From contig CAXHJY010001304.1 of assembly GCA_964016885.1 (NCBI GenBank), forward strand, positions 35,397-99,396: a stretch of 64,000 nt of DNA. Reading direction: 5' to 3'. The stretch's first letter is position 1. Each line of letters begins with the position of its first letter. Below are positions 39,352 to 64,000 of the stretch, piece by piece. The notes beneath the pieces are model-generated. The model saw only the letters and a list, made by a program, of their open reading frames with translations, made no database searches and was not told the DNA's origin. The position numbers and the translations under genes were made by a program. The stretch comes from Eledone cirrhosa (Eukaryota).

Positions 39352-39640
39352 ATGTCGTCGATAGGTGATTCAAGTCGACCAGACGCCTCTTCCACATCAG
39401 ACACAGACAAATCTGACAGTATAGGAGCCAGCACTGATGCAACAAATCTTAACAAGAATATTACTGGAGAATCTACTTCTCATAATGTCGTGACAGATTC
39501 AGCTTCGGGAATAACTCATTCTGAGATTGCAGCATGCGGTGGTGGTGCTGGGTCGTTGGAACATCTTTTGACCGTTCCGACTTCTGCTTTGGAAGCTACA
39601 GATAGCGAAGTCGACGACGAGCTTATAGAACTCCTTGACA
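39352..39640 (+). CDS. PEX19: First coding exon, probable peroxisomal biogenesis factor 19
   Basis: CAAAATG start context, open frame of 96 codons + 1 nt, canonical GTAAGT donor. The C-terminal DSEVDDELIELLD-S matches the metazoan PEX19 helix (human DRELEELLESALDDF). The phase-1 intron splits the Ser codon, as I recall for vertebrate PEX19 exon 1. Downstream exons are not in the window. Confidence 0.65.
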
Positions 39641-40391
39641 GTAAGTAAAGATTATTTCTTCTTTAACACCTCTAACAACCCGCTATTTTCTACACTTTAT
39701 ATCTGATATAATCCGTTGTTATAAAGGTGGAAAAACGAATCCAAATCAGGTAAACTTTGAAACCCTACATCCACCTATGAACGTACACACACGAACTACC
39801 AACAATAACAATAACAAATAATTTATATAATCATATATAAGAAAAACTTATACATGCAGTGAAAACCTATAGTAGCCACCAGTCAGTTTTCCGCTTTCAA
39901 TGAGACACTTCAACAGATCTTTTTACTGCTAAATTCAAGTTTAAATTTCAGTCGTCCTAATTAATTCATCGATACATATTGAATTTAGTAAGCCTCGTCT
40001 TTTATCTCAGGAGGATGTAATATAATAATTTTCGTGTTCTAGTTTTCCATTTTAACACTAATGTTACAAGTTAACATCGACTACATATTATCTTATCGAT
40101 GTTGGTGTTATTAAATAACTGGTTGAGTTTATGTAATCTACATCACATCCAAGTTGTATTAATATATATATGTATGACATAGAAACACATTAAATCTGGT
40201 CCCTCTCTCTCTCACTCCTATTCCTATGTATACATAATGTATGTGTAGACACATACACAATATATATACATATATCTTCTATATAACTATATATGTACTA
40301 ACGCACACACATACACTGTATATAAGTCTCGGGTTCAATCGGGAGTAACCACAGTAAGTGAGGACTCAATACATTAGTAGAGTGTAAACAC

Positions 40392-40520
40392 CAAATTTAA
40401 TATAGAAACGGCTTCTACCGGACTAGAACTGTTTCAATCGAAGGATATCACCAGAAAATGACGAGTTCCTTTGAATGAAACAGTTCTAGTTATGGACAAG
40501 CCATTTCTATAATAAATTTG
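40392..40520. repeat. Imperfect palindrome (about 60-bp arms) with hammerhead-like cores, probably Penelope-derived
   Basis: caaattta.tatagaaa.ggctt...actagaactgtttca.tc.aagga is mirrored on the other arm. Cores are CUGGUGA..GAAAC (-) and AUGACGAG..GAAAC (+). Confidence 0.6.
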
Positions 40521-40938
40521 TTACATATATTCCTATTGGTAAGGTATTGGTTACCGACAGGATATGCATCCTGATGCAAAAAAAAATTGTCTCAAATATT
40601 TTCGCCTAGCCCGTTGCAGTATAGAAAAAAACTATCGTATATATATGTGTATATTTTTTTATATATGTATGTATGTATGTATATATATGTTTGTATATGT
40701 ATGTATAAAAATATATGTATATACATGTATGCATATATATGAATGTATATATATATATATATATATATATATTCTAATTTAGTCCAGAAATAGCCGTCGA
40801 AACGGCTTGAGCTCTGCCGTCGGGGTTATACTTTTTCCGATAATTATATATATGTATATAATTATGTATATATATATAATTATATATTTATGTGTATGTT
40901 TCTATCTGTGAATGTATACATATGAGTATGTATACATG

Positions 40939-40986
<48 letters not shown>

Positions 40987-41130
40987 GGAATACTGTTGGC
41001 TTTTTGCTACAATGTTTTCTATACCTTTCATTTATATATATATATATATGTATATGTAAATTTTGGTATGTATATCTAAATTTTTGTATATATATATATG
41101 TATGTATAAGTAAATTTTTGTATGTATATA

Positions 41131-41176
41131 GTAGTAGTGCACCTGAGCACGGTACACAATAATTTTATTAGTATTA
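41131..41176 (+). mobile_element. Very short CR1 3' terminus
   Basis: gtagtgcacctgagcacggtacacaat is the reverse complement of the tail at 35000-35030. Confidence 0.7.
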
Positions 41177-41185
41177 TATGTATAT

Positions 41186-41593
41186 GAGAGATGACCCCTT
41201 AGCCTTTGTCAAGGCAGAATTCTAGGTGAAGGAAAACTCTGATGTAACACCTGCAACCCTGATGGTATCCAATGATGTTGACTTGTTCTTCTTTTTGGTA
41301 AATATCATCTTGGTTAAGAGAGTGGGACTGGCTTTGTGCAGTGGCTTTGCTCACTATAAAAGCTTAACGGCACAGGCATTGCTTTATATCTGGAGATCTC
41401 TCTGCACTTGTCATCACATGGTACCATAGGCCCAGCACTATGTGTCAGTAATTGTCACAAGTGTAGTGTTTGTACCAGAGTTTTCAAGTCACTGGATGGA
41501 CTAAAAAGTCACACTCGTTCAGCGCAGCAGTAGGGGTTCTCCTACATGGATATAAAGTAGTGGCCATACTCGAAAACGAGTTGGCAGCCACCA

Positions 41594-41594
<1 letters not shown>
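41186..41594 (+). mobile_element. 409-bp bipartite RTE-derived non-autonomous element, copy 1
   Basis: Head CTAGGTGAAGGAAAACTCTGA (RTE 5'UTR-like), C2H2 remnant [20 protein letters not shown], 3' hairpin ACTCG-AAAA-CGAGT. Confidence 0.75.
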
Positions 41595-41628
<34 letters not shown>

Positions 41629-41629
41629 T

Positions 41630-43590
41630 TTCTCTTTCTCTTAATTTCGAGTATATTTTTTGACCGGCCACCTTCCTGGTGGCAAGGTTGTAAAAGAAAA
41701 GAAATTGTCATCCCTTGAATCGCAAGAATGTTTTGCAAATTTTGAAGGTGCCAGCTATCGCAGCCATTTGTAAACTATGAATTAGGGAGCTGCGCTTTTT
41801 GTCCGCAAATCCAAGTTCAGTCATACTTTGGTCCAAGCGGGTTGGTATATAACCCGTAGCACCAATAATGATGGGTATGAAGCTAAAGGTGTATCTTGGA
41901 TACTGGATTTGTAAACTCCTCATCAATGGTCCGTAGATGTCCTCCTCCTCCTGTATTTTTCTGACAACGTTTACATCAAGTGGGCAGCTGATCTCCACAA
42001 CAGAACACGTTTTCAATGTGTGGTCCCAAACTACAATATCAGGCCGGTTGTGCTTTAATTTGGTGGCAGTTTTTATTTTCAGGTTCCACCAGTATTCCTT
42101 AGTGCCATCTGTCTCAATATATTATTCCTCGTTTGTTGTTAATTTTGTTTTCCGAAGTGCGTTCCAGATGGTTCTAGCTATCCCATCGTGTCTCATGGGC
42201 AGGTAGTAGCGAGATGACATTCTTTCGCAGCTGGCAACAATGTGGCTTACATCCTCGATCTTTGTTTTACATAGCCTACATTTATTGTCAGCTGCTGGCC
42301 CTCTTTTGTACAGCAGATATTTGGTAGGGAGTTCTTGTTCCTGTATTGCATAGAGATATCCCTCAAGGTGTGATGTCATAAACTTGTCGGAACTCCATGC
42401 CAGGCTTTTTGGGTGGTTTATCCCCTCTATGGTCTGTGTTTTACGCCTCAAGTATCCATGCACAACTTTTTCTGTAAATTGGTCAATTTTTTTATCTTGT
42501 TTGAACATTGAATAGGATCTTCCGATTTCTCTGGGTAAAAGATTTATATCAGGCTTTATTCCATATCTCTCCTCCAGATCAGTCGCTATTCTAATGATAT
42601 ATTTTTTTTCATGCTCATAAACCTGGGCAAGATGGTTGCCAACCTTTTTCCTCTGTTGAAGGTGTTGCTTCAGTGTTACTATCCGGGTCTCATATGTTGT
42701 TAATATTGATTTTAGACCCCGGCCACCTTCCTTGCGTGAGAAGTATAGCCTATCCACATCACCATTGATGTTAAAGTTCCCAGTAACACTGAGAGGTTTT
42801 CGAGTTCTAACATCCATCTCACTTAGTTGTTGCAATGACCAGTTCAGTAGGCCAAATGTTGGCGTTAGAATTGGCCCAAGTATTGTGGGCAATGTATTTG
42901 TTGTATGCTGACAGTTCTGATGACCATATTTTCTTTACTCTTCTGAGGTATTCAGTTCTGGTTCTCTCCTTATTTATGGGTCCATCATATCTGACATTCT
43001 CATCCTGTCCAAGATATCTGTAGTTGTCACCTGACTGCAGAGGTTGTATTGTCAGGCCGTTCATCTCTAGATTTCTAGAGGAAGGCACAGCTCTTCCATG
43101 TTTTACTGCCAAATATGAACACTTGGACTCACCAAATTTCATTTTGATGTCGGTTGAAAATTGTGTAATGAGGTCCAATTGTTTATTGATGTCATTGATA
43201 TTTGGCCCATACAACTTCAGGTCATCAACAAAGAAAAGATGGGAGATACTTCTGGGCCCACTTCTTTGTCCACCTTGTTTCCTGAGTAGGTAAGATAGTG
43301 GATTCAGTGAGAGAACGAAGAGTAGCACTGACAAGCTATCACCCTGAAAGATGCCCTTCTGGTAATGTATCTTATCAGTCTTAACCTGCTCCTTCTCACC
43401 TCTAAGGATCAAATTGGTGTACCAGTTCTTGGTCAGGCGTTCAACAGCAACTACCAATGGTTGTGGGACTTTAGCTAACTGTAAAGCCTTAATAATCCAC
43501 CCATGAGGTACACTATCAAATGCTTTTTGATAGTCCAGCCACACGACAGTCATGTTTCTGCGATTCTTTGTTGTTTTTTCCTGAATCATT
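41630..43590 (-). mobile_element. 5'-truncated R4-clade (RT + RLE) non-LTR element
   Basis: WLDYQKAFDSVPH, GIFQGDSLS, FVDD, CRLCKTKIEDVSHIVASC, RHD, VVEISCPLD; frameshifted. Confidence 0.9.
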
Positions 43591-43603
43591 TTGTTTGTTT
43601 GTT

Positions 43604-43643
<40 letters not shown>

Positions 43644-43714
43644 TGTGTGTCTGTGAACCAAATAAACTCATTTGCACTGCCTCACTGTTTTTATTCCTGT
43701 CTAAGACTTAACTA

Positions 43715-43745
<31 letters not shown>

Positions 43746-43760
43746 GTGTATGTATGTATA

Positions 43761-43983
43761 TGTCTAACCCATGCTAGCGTGGAAGAACGGACGTAAAGCG
43801 GTGATGATGATGTATGTATACATATATATGTATGTATATGTCTAACCCATACTAGCGTGGAAGAACCGACGTAAAACGGTGATGATGATTATGTATGTAT
43901 ACATATATATGTATATGTATGTCTATGTCTAACCCATGCTAGCGTGGAAGAACGGACGTAAAACGATGATGATGATGATGATG
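43761..43983 (+). repeat. Three tandem RTE 3' termini separated by (TATG)n
   Basis: TGTCTAACCCATGCTAGCGTGGAAGAACGGACGTAAA.CG(G)TGATGATG three times; matches 6195-6236. Confidence 0.9.
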
Positions 43984-46900
43984 TATGTATACATATATAT
44001 GTATGTATATGTATGTATACATATATATGTATGTATGTATATATCTATATCCAAAATTAAGATAAATCAAAATGAATTTAATCTATATGAATTTAATGAA
44101 TTTAATCTATATGAATTTAATCTATATGATGTTATATGTATGTATATGTATACATATATATGTATGTATATGTATACATATATATGTATGTATATGTATA
44201 CATATATATGTATGTATATGTATACATATATATGTATGTATATGTATACATATATATGTATGTATATGTATACATATATATGTATGTATATGTATACATA
44301 TATATGTATGTATATGTATACATATATATGTATGTATATGTATACATATATATCTATGTATATGTATGTATACATATATATGTATGTATACATATATATG
44401 TATATATATGTATACATATATATGTATATGTATGTATACATATATATGTATATGTATGTATACATATATATGTATATGTATGTATACATATATATGTATA
44501 TGTATGTATATATGTATATGTATGTATACATATAGATGTATATGTATGTATATAGATGTATATGTATGTATATATGTATATGTATATGTATGTATACATA
44601 TATATGTATGTATGTATATGTATGTATACATATATATGTATGTATGTATACATATGTATGTATAGGTATATATGTATGTATGTATACATATGTATGTATA
44701 GGTATATATGTATGTATGTATACATATGTATGTATGTATACATATGTATGTATGTATACATATATATATATGTATGTATGTGTATGTATACATATATGTA
44801 TGTATGTGTATGTATACATATATGTATGTATGTGTATGTATACATATATATGTATGTATGTGTATGTATACATATATATGTATGTATGTGTATGTATACA
44901 TATATATGTATCTATATGTATGTATACATATATATGTATCTCTATGTATGTATACATATATATGTATCTATATGTATGTATACATATATATGTATCTATA
45001 TGTATGTATACATATATATGTATCTATATGTATGTATACATATATATGTATCTATATGTATGTATACATATATATGTATCTATATGTATGTATACATATA
45101 TATGTATCTATATGTATGTATACATATATATGTATGTATGTGTATGTATACATATATATGTATCTATATGTATGTATATATATATATGTATCTATATGTA
45201 TGTATACATATATATGTATCTATATGTATGTATACATATATATGTATCTATATGTATGTATACATATATATGTATCTATATGTATGTATACATATATATG
45301 TATCTATATGTATGTATACATATATATGTATCTATATGTATGTATACATATATATGTATCTATATGTATGTATACATATATATGTATCTATATGGATGTA
45401 TACATATATATGTATCTATATGGATGTATACATATATATGTATCTATATGGATGTATACATATATATGTATCTATATGTATGTATACATATATATGTATC
45501 TATATGTATGTATACATATATATGTATCTATATGTATGTATACATATATATGTATCTATATGTATGTATACATATATATGTATCTATATGTATGTATACA
45601 TATATATGTATCTATATGTATGTATACATATATATGTATCTATATGTATGTATACATATATATGTATCTATATGTATCTATACATATATATGTATCTATA
45701 TGTATGTATACATATATATGTATGTATACATGTATGTATACATATACATGTATGTATACATATACATGTATGTATACATATACATGTATGTATACATATA
45801 TATGTATGTATACATGTATGTATACATATATATGTATGTATACATTTATATGTATGTATACATGTATATGTATACATGTATATGTATACATGTATATGTA
45901 TACATATGTATGTATACATGTATATGTATACATGTATATGTATACATATGTATGTATACATATATATGTATGTATACATATGTATGTATACATATATATG
46001 TATGTATACATATGTATGTATACATATATATGTATGTATACATATGTATGTATACATATATATGTATGTATACATATGTATGTATACATATATATGTATG
46101 TATACATGTATGTATACATATATATGTATGTATACATGTATGTATACATATATATATGTATACATATATATATGTATACATGTATGTATACATATATATA
46201 TGTATACATGTATGTATACATATATGTATGTATACATGTATGTATACATATATGTATGTATACATATATATATACATATATGTTTGTATACATGTATGTA
46301 TACATATATGTTTGTATACATGTATGTATACATATATATATCTATACATGTATGTATACATATATATATCTATACATGTATGTATACATATATATATCTA
46401 TACATGTATGTATACATATATATGTATGTATACATATATATGTATGTATACATATATATGTATGTATACATATATATGTATACATAAATATATATGTATG
46501 TATACATATATATGTATGTATACATATATATGTATGTATACATATATATGTATGTATACATATATATGTATGTATACATATATATATGTATGTATACATA
46601 TATATATGTATGTATACATATATATATATATGTATACATATATATATATGTATATATGTATACATATGTATATATGTATACATATATATATATGTATACA
46701 TACATATATATATGTATACATACATATATATGTATACATACATATATATGTATACATACATATATATGTATACATACATATATATGTATACATACATATA
46801 TATGTATACAAACATATATATGTATACATACATATATATGTATACATACATATATATGTATGTATACATATATATGTATGTATACATATATATGTATGTA

Positions 46901-49900
46901 TACATATATATGTATGTATACATATATATGTATGTATACATATATATGTATGTATACATATATATGTATGTATACATATATATGTATGTATACATATATA
47001 TGTATGTATACATATATATGTATGTATACATATATATATGTATGTATACATATATATATGTATGTATACATATATATATATATGTATACATATATATATA
47101 TGTATATATGTATACATATGTATATATGTATACATATATATATATGTATACATATATATATATGTATACATATATATATGTATACATATATATATGTATA
47201 CATATATATATGTATACATATATATATATGTATACATATATATATGTATACATATATATATATGTATACATATATATATGTATACATATATATATGTATA
47301 CATATATATATGTATACATATATATATGTATACATATATATATGTATACATATATATATGTATACATATATATATATGTATACATATATATATATGTATA
47401 CATATATATATGTATACATATATATATATGTATACATATATATATGTATACATATATATATATGTATACATATATATATGTATACATATATATATGTATA
47501 CATATATATATGAATACATATATATATGTATACATATATATATATGTATACATATATATATATGTATACATATATATATGTATACATATATATATGTATA
47601 CATATATATATGTATACATATATATATGTATACATATATATATGTATACATATATATATGTATACATATATATATGTATACATATATATATGTATACATA
47701 TATATATGTATACATATATATATGTATACATATATATATGTATACATATATATGTATGTATACATATATATGTATGTATACATATATATGTATGTATACA
47801 TATATATGTATGTATACATATATATGTATGTATACATATATATGTATGTATACATATATATGTATGTATACATATATATGTATGTATACATATATATGTA
47901 TGTATACATATATATGTATGTATACATATATATGTATGTATACATATATATGTATGTATACATATATATGTATGTATACATATATATGTATGTATACATA
48001 TATATGTATGTATACATATATATGTATGTATACATATATATGTATGTATACATATATATGTATGTATACATATATATGTATGTATACATATATGTATGTA
48101 TACATATATATGTATGTATATGTATGTATACATATATATGTATCTATATGTATGTATACATATATATGTATCTATATGTATGTATACATATATATGTATC
48201 TATATGTATGTATACATATATATGTATCTATATGTATGTATACATATATATGTATGTATACATAGATATGTATGTATACATGTATGTATACATGTATATG
48301 TATGTATACATGTATGTATACATATATATGTATGTATACATGTATGTATACATATATATGTATGTATGCATGTATGTATACATATATATGTATGTATACA
48401 TGTATGTATACATATATATGTATGTATGCATGTATGTATACATATATATGTATGTATACATGTATGTATACATATATATGTATGTATGCATGTATGTATA
48501 CATATATATGTATGTATACATGTATGTATACATATATATGTATGTATGCATGTATGTATACATATATATGTATGTATACATGTATGTATACATATATATG
48601 TATGTATACATGTATGTATACATATATATGTATGTATACATGTATGTATACATATATATGTATGTATACATGTATGTATACATGTATGTATACATATATA
48701 TGTATGTATACATATATATGTATGTATACATATATATGTATGTATACATATATATGTATGTATACATATATATGTATGTATACATATATATGTATGTATA
48801 CATATATATGTATGTATACATATATATGTATGTATACATATATATGTATGTATACATATATATATGTATGTATACATATATATATGTATGTATACATATA
48901 TATATGTATGTATACATATATATATGTATGTATACATATATATATGTATGTATACATATATATATGTATGTATACATATATATATGTATGTATACATATA
49001 TATATGTATGTATACATATATATATGTATGTATACATATATATATGTATGTATACATATATATATGTATGTATACATATATATGTATGTATACATATATA
49101 TGTATGTATACATATATATGTATGTATACATATATATGTATGTATACATATATATGTATGTATACATATATATGTATGTATACATATATATGTATGTATG
49201 CATATATATGTATGTATACATATATATGTATGTATACATATATATGTATGTATACATATATATGTATGTATACATATATATGTATGTATACATATATATG
49301 TATGTATACATATATATGTATGCATACATATATATGTATGTATACATATATATGTATGCATACATATATATGTATGTATACATATATATGTATGTATACA
49401 TATATATGTATGCATACATATATATGTATGTATATATGTATACATATATATATATGTATATATGTATGTATACATATATATATATGTATATATGTATGTA
49501 TACATATATATATATGTATATATGTATGTATACATATATATGTATACATATATATGTATGTATATATGTATGTATACATATATATGTATGTATATATGTA
49601 TGTATACATATATATGTATGTATATATGTATGTATACATATATATGTATGTATATATGTATGTATACATATATATGTATGTATATATGTATGTATACATA
49701 TATATGTATGTATACATATATATGTATGTATACATATATATGTATGTATATATACATATATATGTATGTATACATATATATGTATGTATGTATGTATATA
49801 TACATATATATGTATGTATGTATACATATATATGTATGTTTATGTATGTATGTATGTATATATACATATATATGTATGTATGTATACATATATATGTATG

Positions 49901-50077
49901 TTTATGTATGTATGTATACATATATATGTATGTATATGTATGTATGTATACATATATATGTATGTATATGTATGTATGTATACATATATATGTATGTATA
50001 TGTATGTATGTATACATATATATGTATGTATATGTATGTATGTATACATATATATGTATGTATATATATATATGTAT
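43984..50077. repeat. Complex alternating Y/R satellite with ATGTATACAT palindromic cores
   Basis: Blocks with periods of about 14, 16, 18, 24, 28 and 60 bp. Confidence 0.97.
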
Positions 50078-50080
50078 AAG

Positions 50081-50489
50081 GAGAGATGACCCCTTATCCT
50101 TTGTCAAGGCAGAATTCTAGGAGAAGGAAAACTCTGATATAACACCTGCAACCCTGATTGTATCCAATGATGTTGACTTGTTCTTCTTTTTGGTAAATAT
50201 CATCTTGGTTAAGAGAGTGGGACTGGCTTTGTGCAGTGCCTTTGCTCACTATAAAAGCTTCACGGCACAGGCATTGCTTTATATCTGGAGATCTCTCTGC
50301 ACTTGTCGTCACATGGTACCAAAGGCAATGCACTATGTGACAATTATTGTCACAAGTGTAGTGTTTGTACCAGAGTTTTCAAGTCGCTGGCTGGACTAAA
50401 AAGTCACACTCGTTCAGCGCATCAGTAGGGGTTCTCCTACATGGATATAAAGTAGTGGCCATACTCGAAAACGAGTTGGCAGCCACCAT
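50081..50489 (+). mobile_element. 409-bp bipartite RTE-derived non-autonomous element, copy 2
   Basis: Colinear with and the same length as 41186-41594; encodes CSVC...[14 protein letters not shown]. Confidence 0.8.
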
Positions 50490-61461
<10,972 letters not shown>

Positions 61462-61992
61462 AAAGGGCAATCACGAAAAAGATAGATGGCATGTCAGACC
61501 TTGACTACTGGGGTCGATTGGAAAACCTGAAACTTTACTCACTCCAACGTCGCCGTGAGCGTTATATTATCTGCATGATGTGGAAAATGTTCCATCATCA
61601 CTGCCCAAATGATGTTGGCATCGCCTTCAAGATACACCCAAGGCTTGGGCCCCGTGCTATCCGTCCCATTCATAAATCTAAATCGCAACTCATAACAACA
61701 ATACGGCACAATTATTTCACCTCAATCGGCCCTGCTCTCTTCAACATCACACCAGGACACGTCAAAACAGAAACTGACCACACAAAATTCAAGAAGTCTT
61801 TGGACAAATTCTTCCAAGTAATCCCGGACAAACCACCCACACCCGGATATGTCTCCGCAAACAGTAATTCTCTTCTCGAATGGGCCATGGTGCCCAAATC
61901 CTGAATTGAAAGACTTCGCCAGGTGGTGCTATTAAGTTACACATGGCCTGGGGCCAATACTGGCCAAAACATTTCAAAGTTATTCAAAGTTA
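61462..61992 (+). mobile_element. CR1-group LINE 3' fragment embedded in satellite
   Basis: [47 protein letters not shown]; tail (TTCAAAGTTA)2. Confidence 0.8.
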
Positions 61993-62042
61993 TATATATG
62001 TATGTATATATATATATGTATGTATATGTATGTATGTATATG

Positions 62043-62101
<59 letters not shown>

Positions 62102-62146
62102 GTATGTTATATATATGTATGTATATATATATATGTATATTATATG

Positions 62147-62205
<59 letters not shown>

Positions 62206-62584
62206 GTATGTTTATATATGTATGTTTATATATGTATGTTTATATGTATATATATATGTATGTATGTATATATATATATGTATATATATGTATATATATG
62301 TATGTTTGTATATATATATATGTATGTATGTATATATATGTATGTATATATTATATGTATGTATATATATATATGTATGTATATATATATATGTATGTAT
62401 ATATATATGTATGTATATATATATATGTATGTATATATATATATGTATATATATGTATGTATATATGTGTATGTATGTATATATATATATGTATATATAT
62501 GTATGTATATATGTGTATGTATGTATATATATATATGTATATATATTGTATGTATATATGTATATGTATGTATATGTATGTATA

Positions 62585-62620
<36 letters not shown>

Positions 62621-62853
62621 TGTATGTATGTATGTATATATATGCATGTATGTATGTATATATATGTATGTATGTATATATATGTATGTTTGTATGTATA
62701 TATATGTATGTTTGTATGTATATATATGTATGTATGTATGTATATATATGTATGTATGTATGTATATATATGTATGTATATATGTATATGTATGTATGTA
62801 TATATGTATATTGTATGTATGTATATATGTGTATGTATGTATGTATATGTATG

Positions 62854-62884
<31 letters not shown>

Positions 62885-63066
62885 GTGTATGTATGTATGT
62901 GTATGATGTATATATAAATATATATATATATGTATATATATATATGTATATATATATATGTATGTATATATATGTATATATATGTATATGTATGTATATA
63001 TATATATATGTATGTATGTATATATATATATATATATGTATGTATATGTATGTATATATATGTATG

Positions 63067-63113
<47 letters not shown>

Positions 63114-63158
63114 GTGTATGTATGTATATATATATATATATATGTGTATGTATGTATG

Positions 63159-63221
<63 letters not shown>

Positions 63222-63298
63222 GTGTATGTATATATATATATATATATATGTATGTATATATATGTGTATGTATGTATATATATATATATGTGTGTATG

Positions 63299-63329
<31 letters not shown>

Positions 63330-64000
63330 GTATATATATGTGTATGTATGTATATATATTATATGTGTGTGTGTATGTATGTATGTATATATATATGTAT
63401 GTATGTATGTATATATATATATATATGTGTATGTATGTATATATATATGTATATGTATGTATATATATATTTATATGTATATATATGTATATGTATGTAT
63501 GTATATGTATGTATATGTATATGTATGTATATATAAGTATGTGTATGTATGTATATATATGTGTATATGTATGTATGTATATGTATGTATATGTATATGT
63601 ATGTATATATATATTATATGTATTGTATGTATATATATGTGTATATGTATGTAGTATAGTATATGTATGTATGTATATATATATGTATGTATGTATGTAT
63701 ATGTATATGTATGTATTTATATATGTATATGTATGTATGTATATATATATGTATGTATGTATATATATATGTATGTATGTATATATATATGTATATGTAT
63801 GTATATATATGTATATTATATATATATGTATATGTATGTATATATATGTATATAGTATGATATGTATGTAATTATATATATATATGTATATGTATGTATA
63901 TGTATATATGTTATATATATATATATATATTATATTATTGTATATATTTATGTATGTATATATATATATATATGTATATGTATTATTATATATATATGTA
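61993..64000. repeat. (TA/TG)n satellite continuing beyond the window
   Basis: Same composition as 50490-61461. Confidence 0.97.

Noticed and set aside
40792-40806. Hairpin AGCCGT-CGAA-ACGGCT between (TA)n runs
   Set aside because: A single short stem-loop, probably the 3' end of an unidentified repeat; no further support.

Overview
Eukaryotic, AT-rich, very repeat-dense window. The SINE, MITE and (TA/TG) satellite repertoire resembles an octopus/coleoid cephalopod genome (inference, not verified). Only one host coding exon is supportable: a first exon at 39352-39640 (+) ending ...DDELIELLD-S|gtaagt, which resembles the N-terminal PEX3-binding helix of PEX19; no second exon is visible in the remaining 24 kb. 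Everything else is mobile or repetitive DNA. (i) A decayed Gypsy element whose gag is split by about 16.8 kb of nested insertions (4.66-21.42 kb): tandem SINEs, an RTE fragment, a full-length Tx1-clade LINE between two (AAT)n arrays, and three head-to-tail R4/Dong LINEs each ending in (TAA)n. The first Dong copy is nearly intact and has a candidate HDV-like ribozyme fold at its 5' end. (ii) A second Gypsy remnant, CR1, RTE and CRE fragments, piggyBac-type MITEs, and a Buster-type hAT element with a perfect 8-bp TSD. (iii) Inside the putative PEX19 intron: a palindromic pair of hammerhead-like cores, two equal-length 409-bp bipartite RTE-derived elements with a structured head, another R4-type LINE, and about 19 kb of alternating pyrimidine-purine satellite. 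The long ORFs called at 44-64 kb are artefacts of that satellite.
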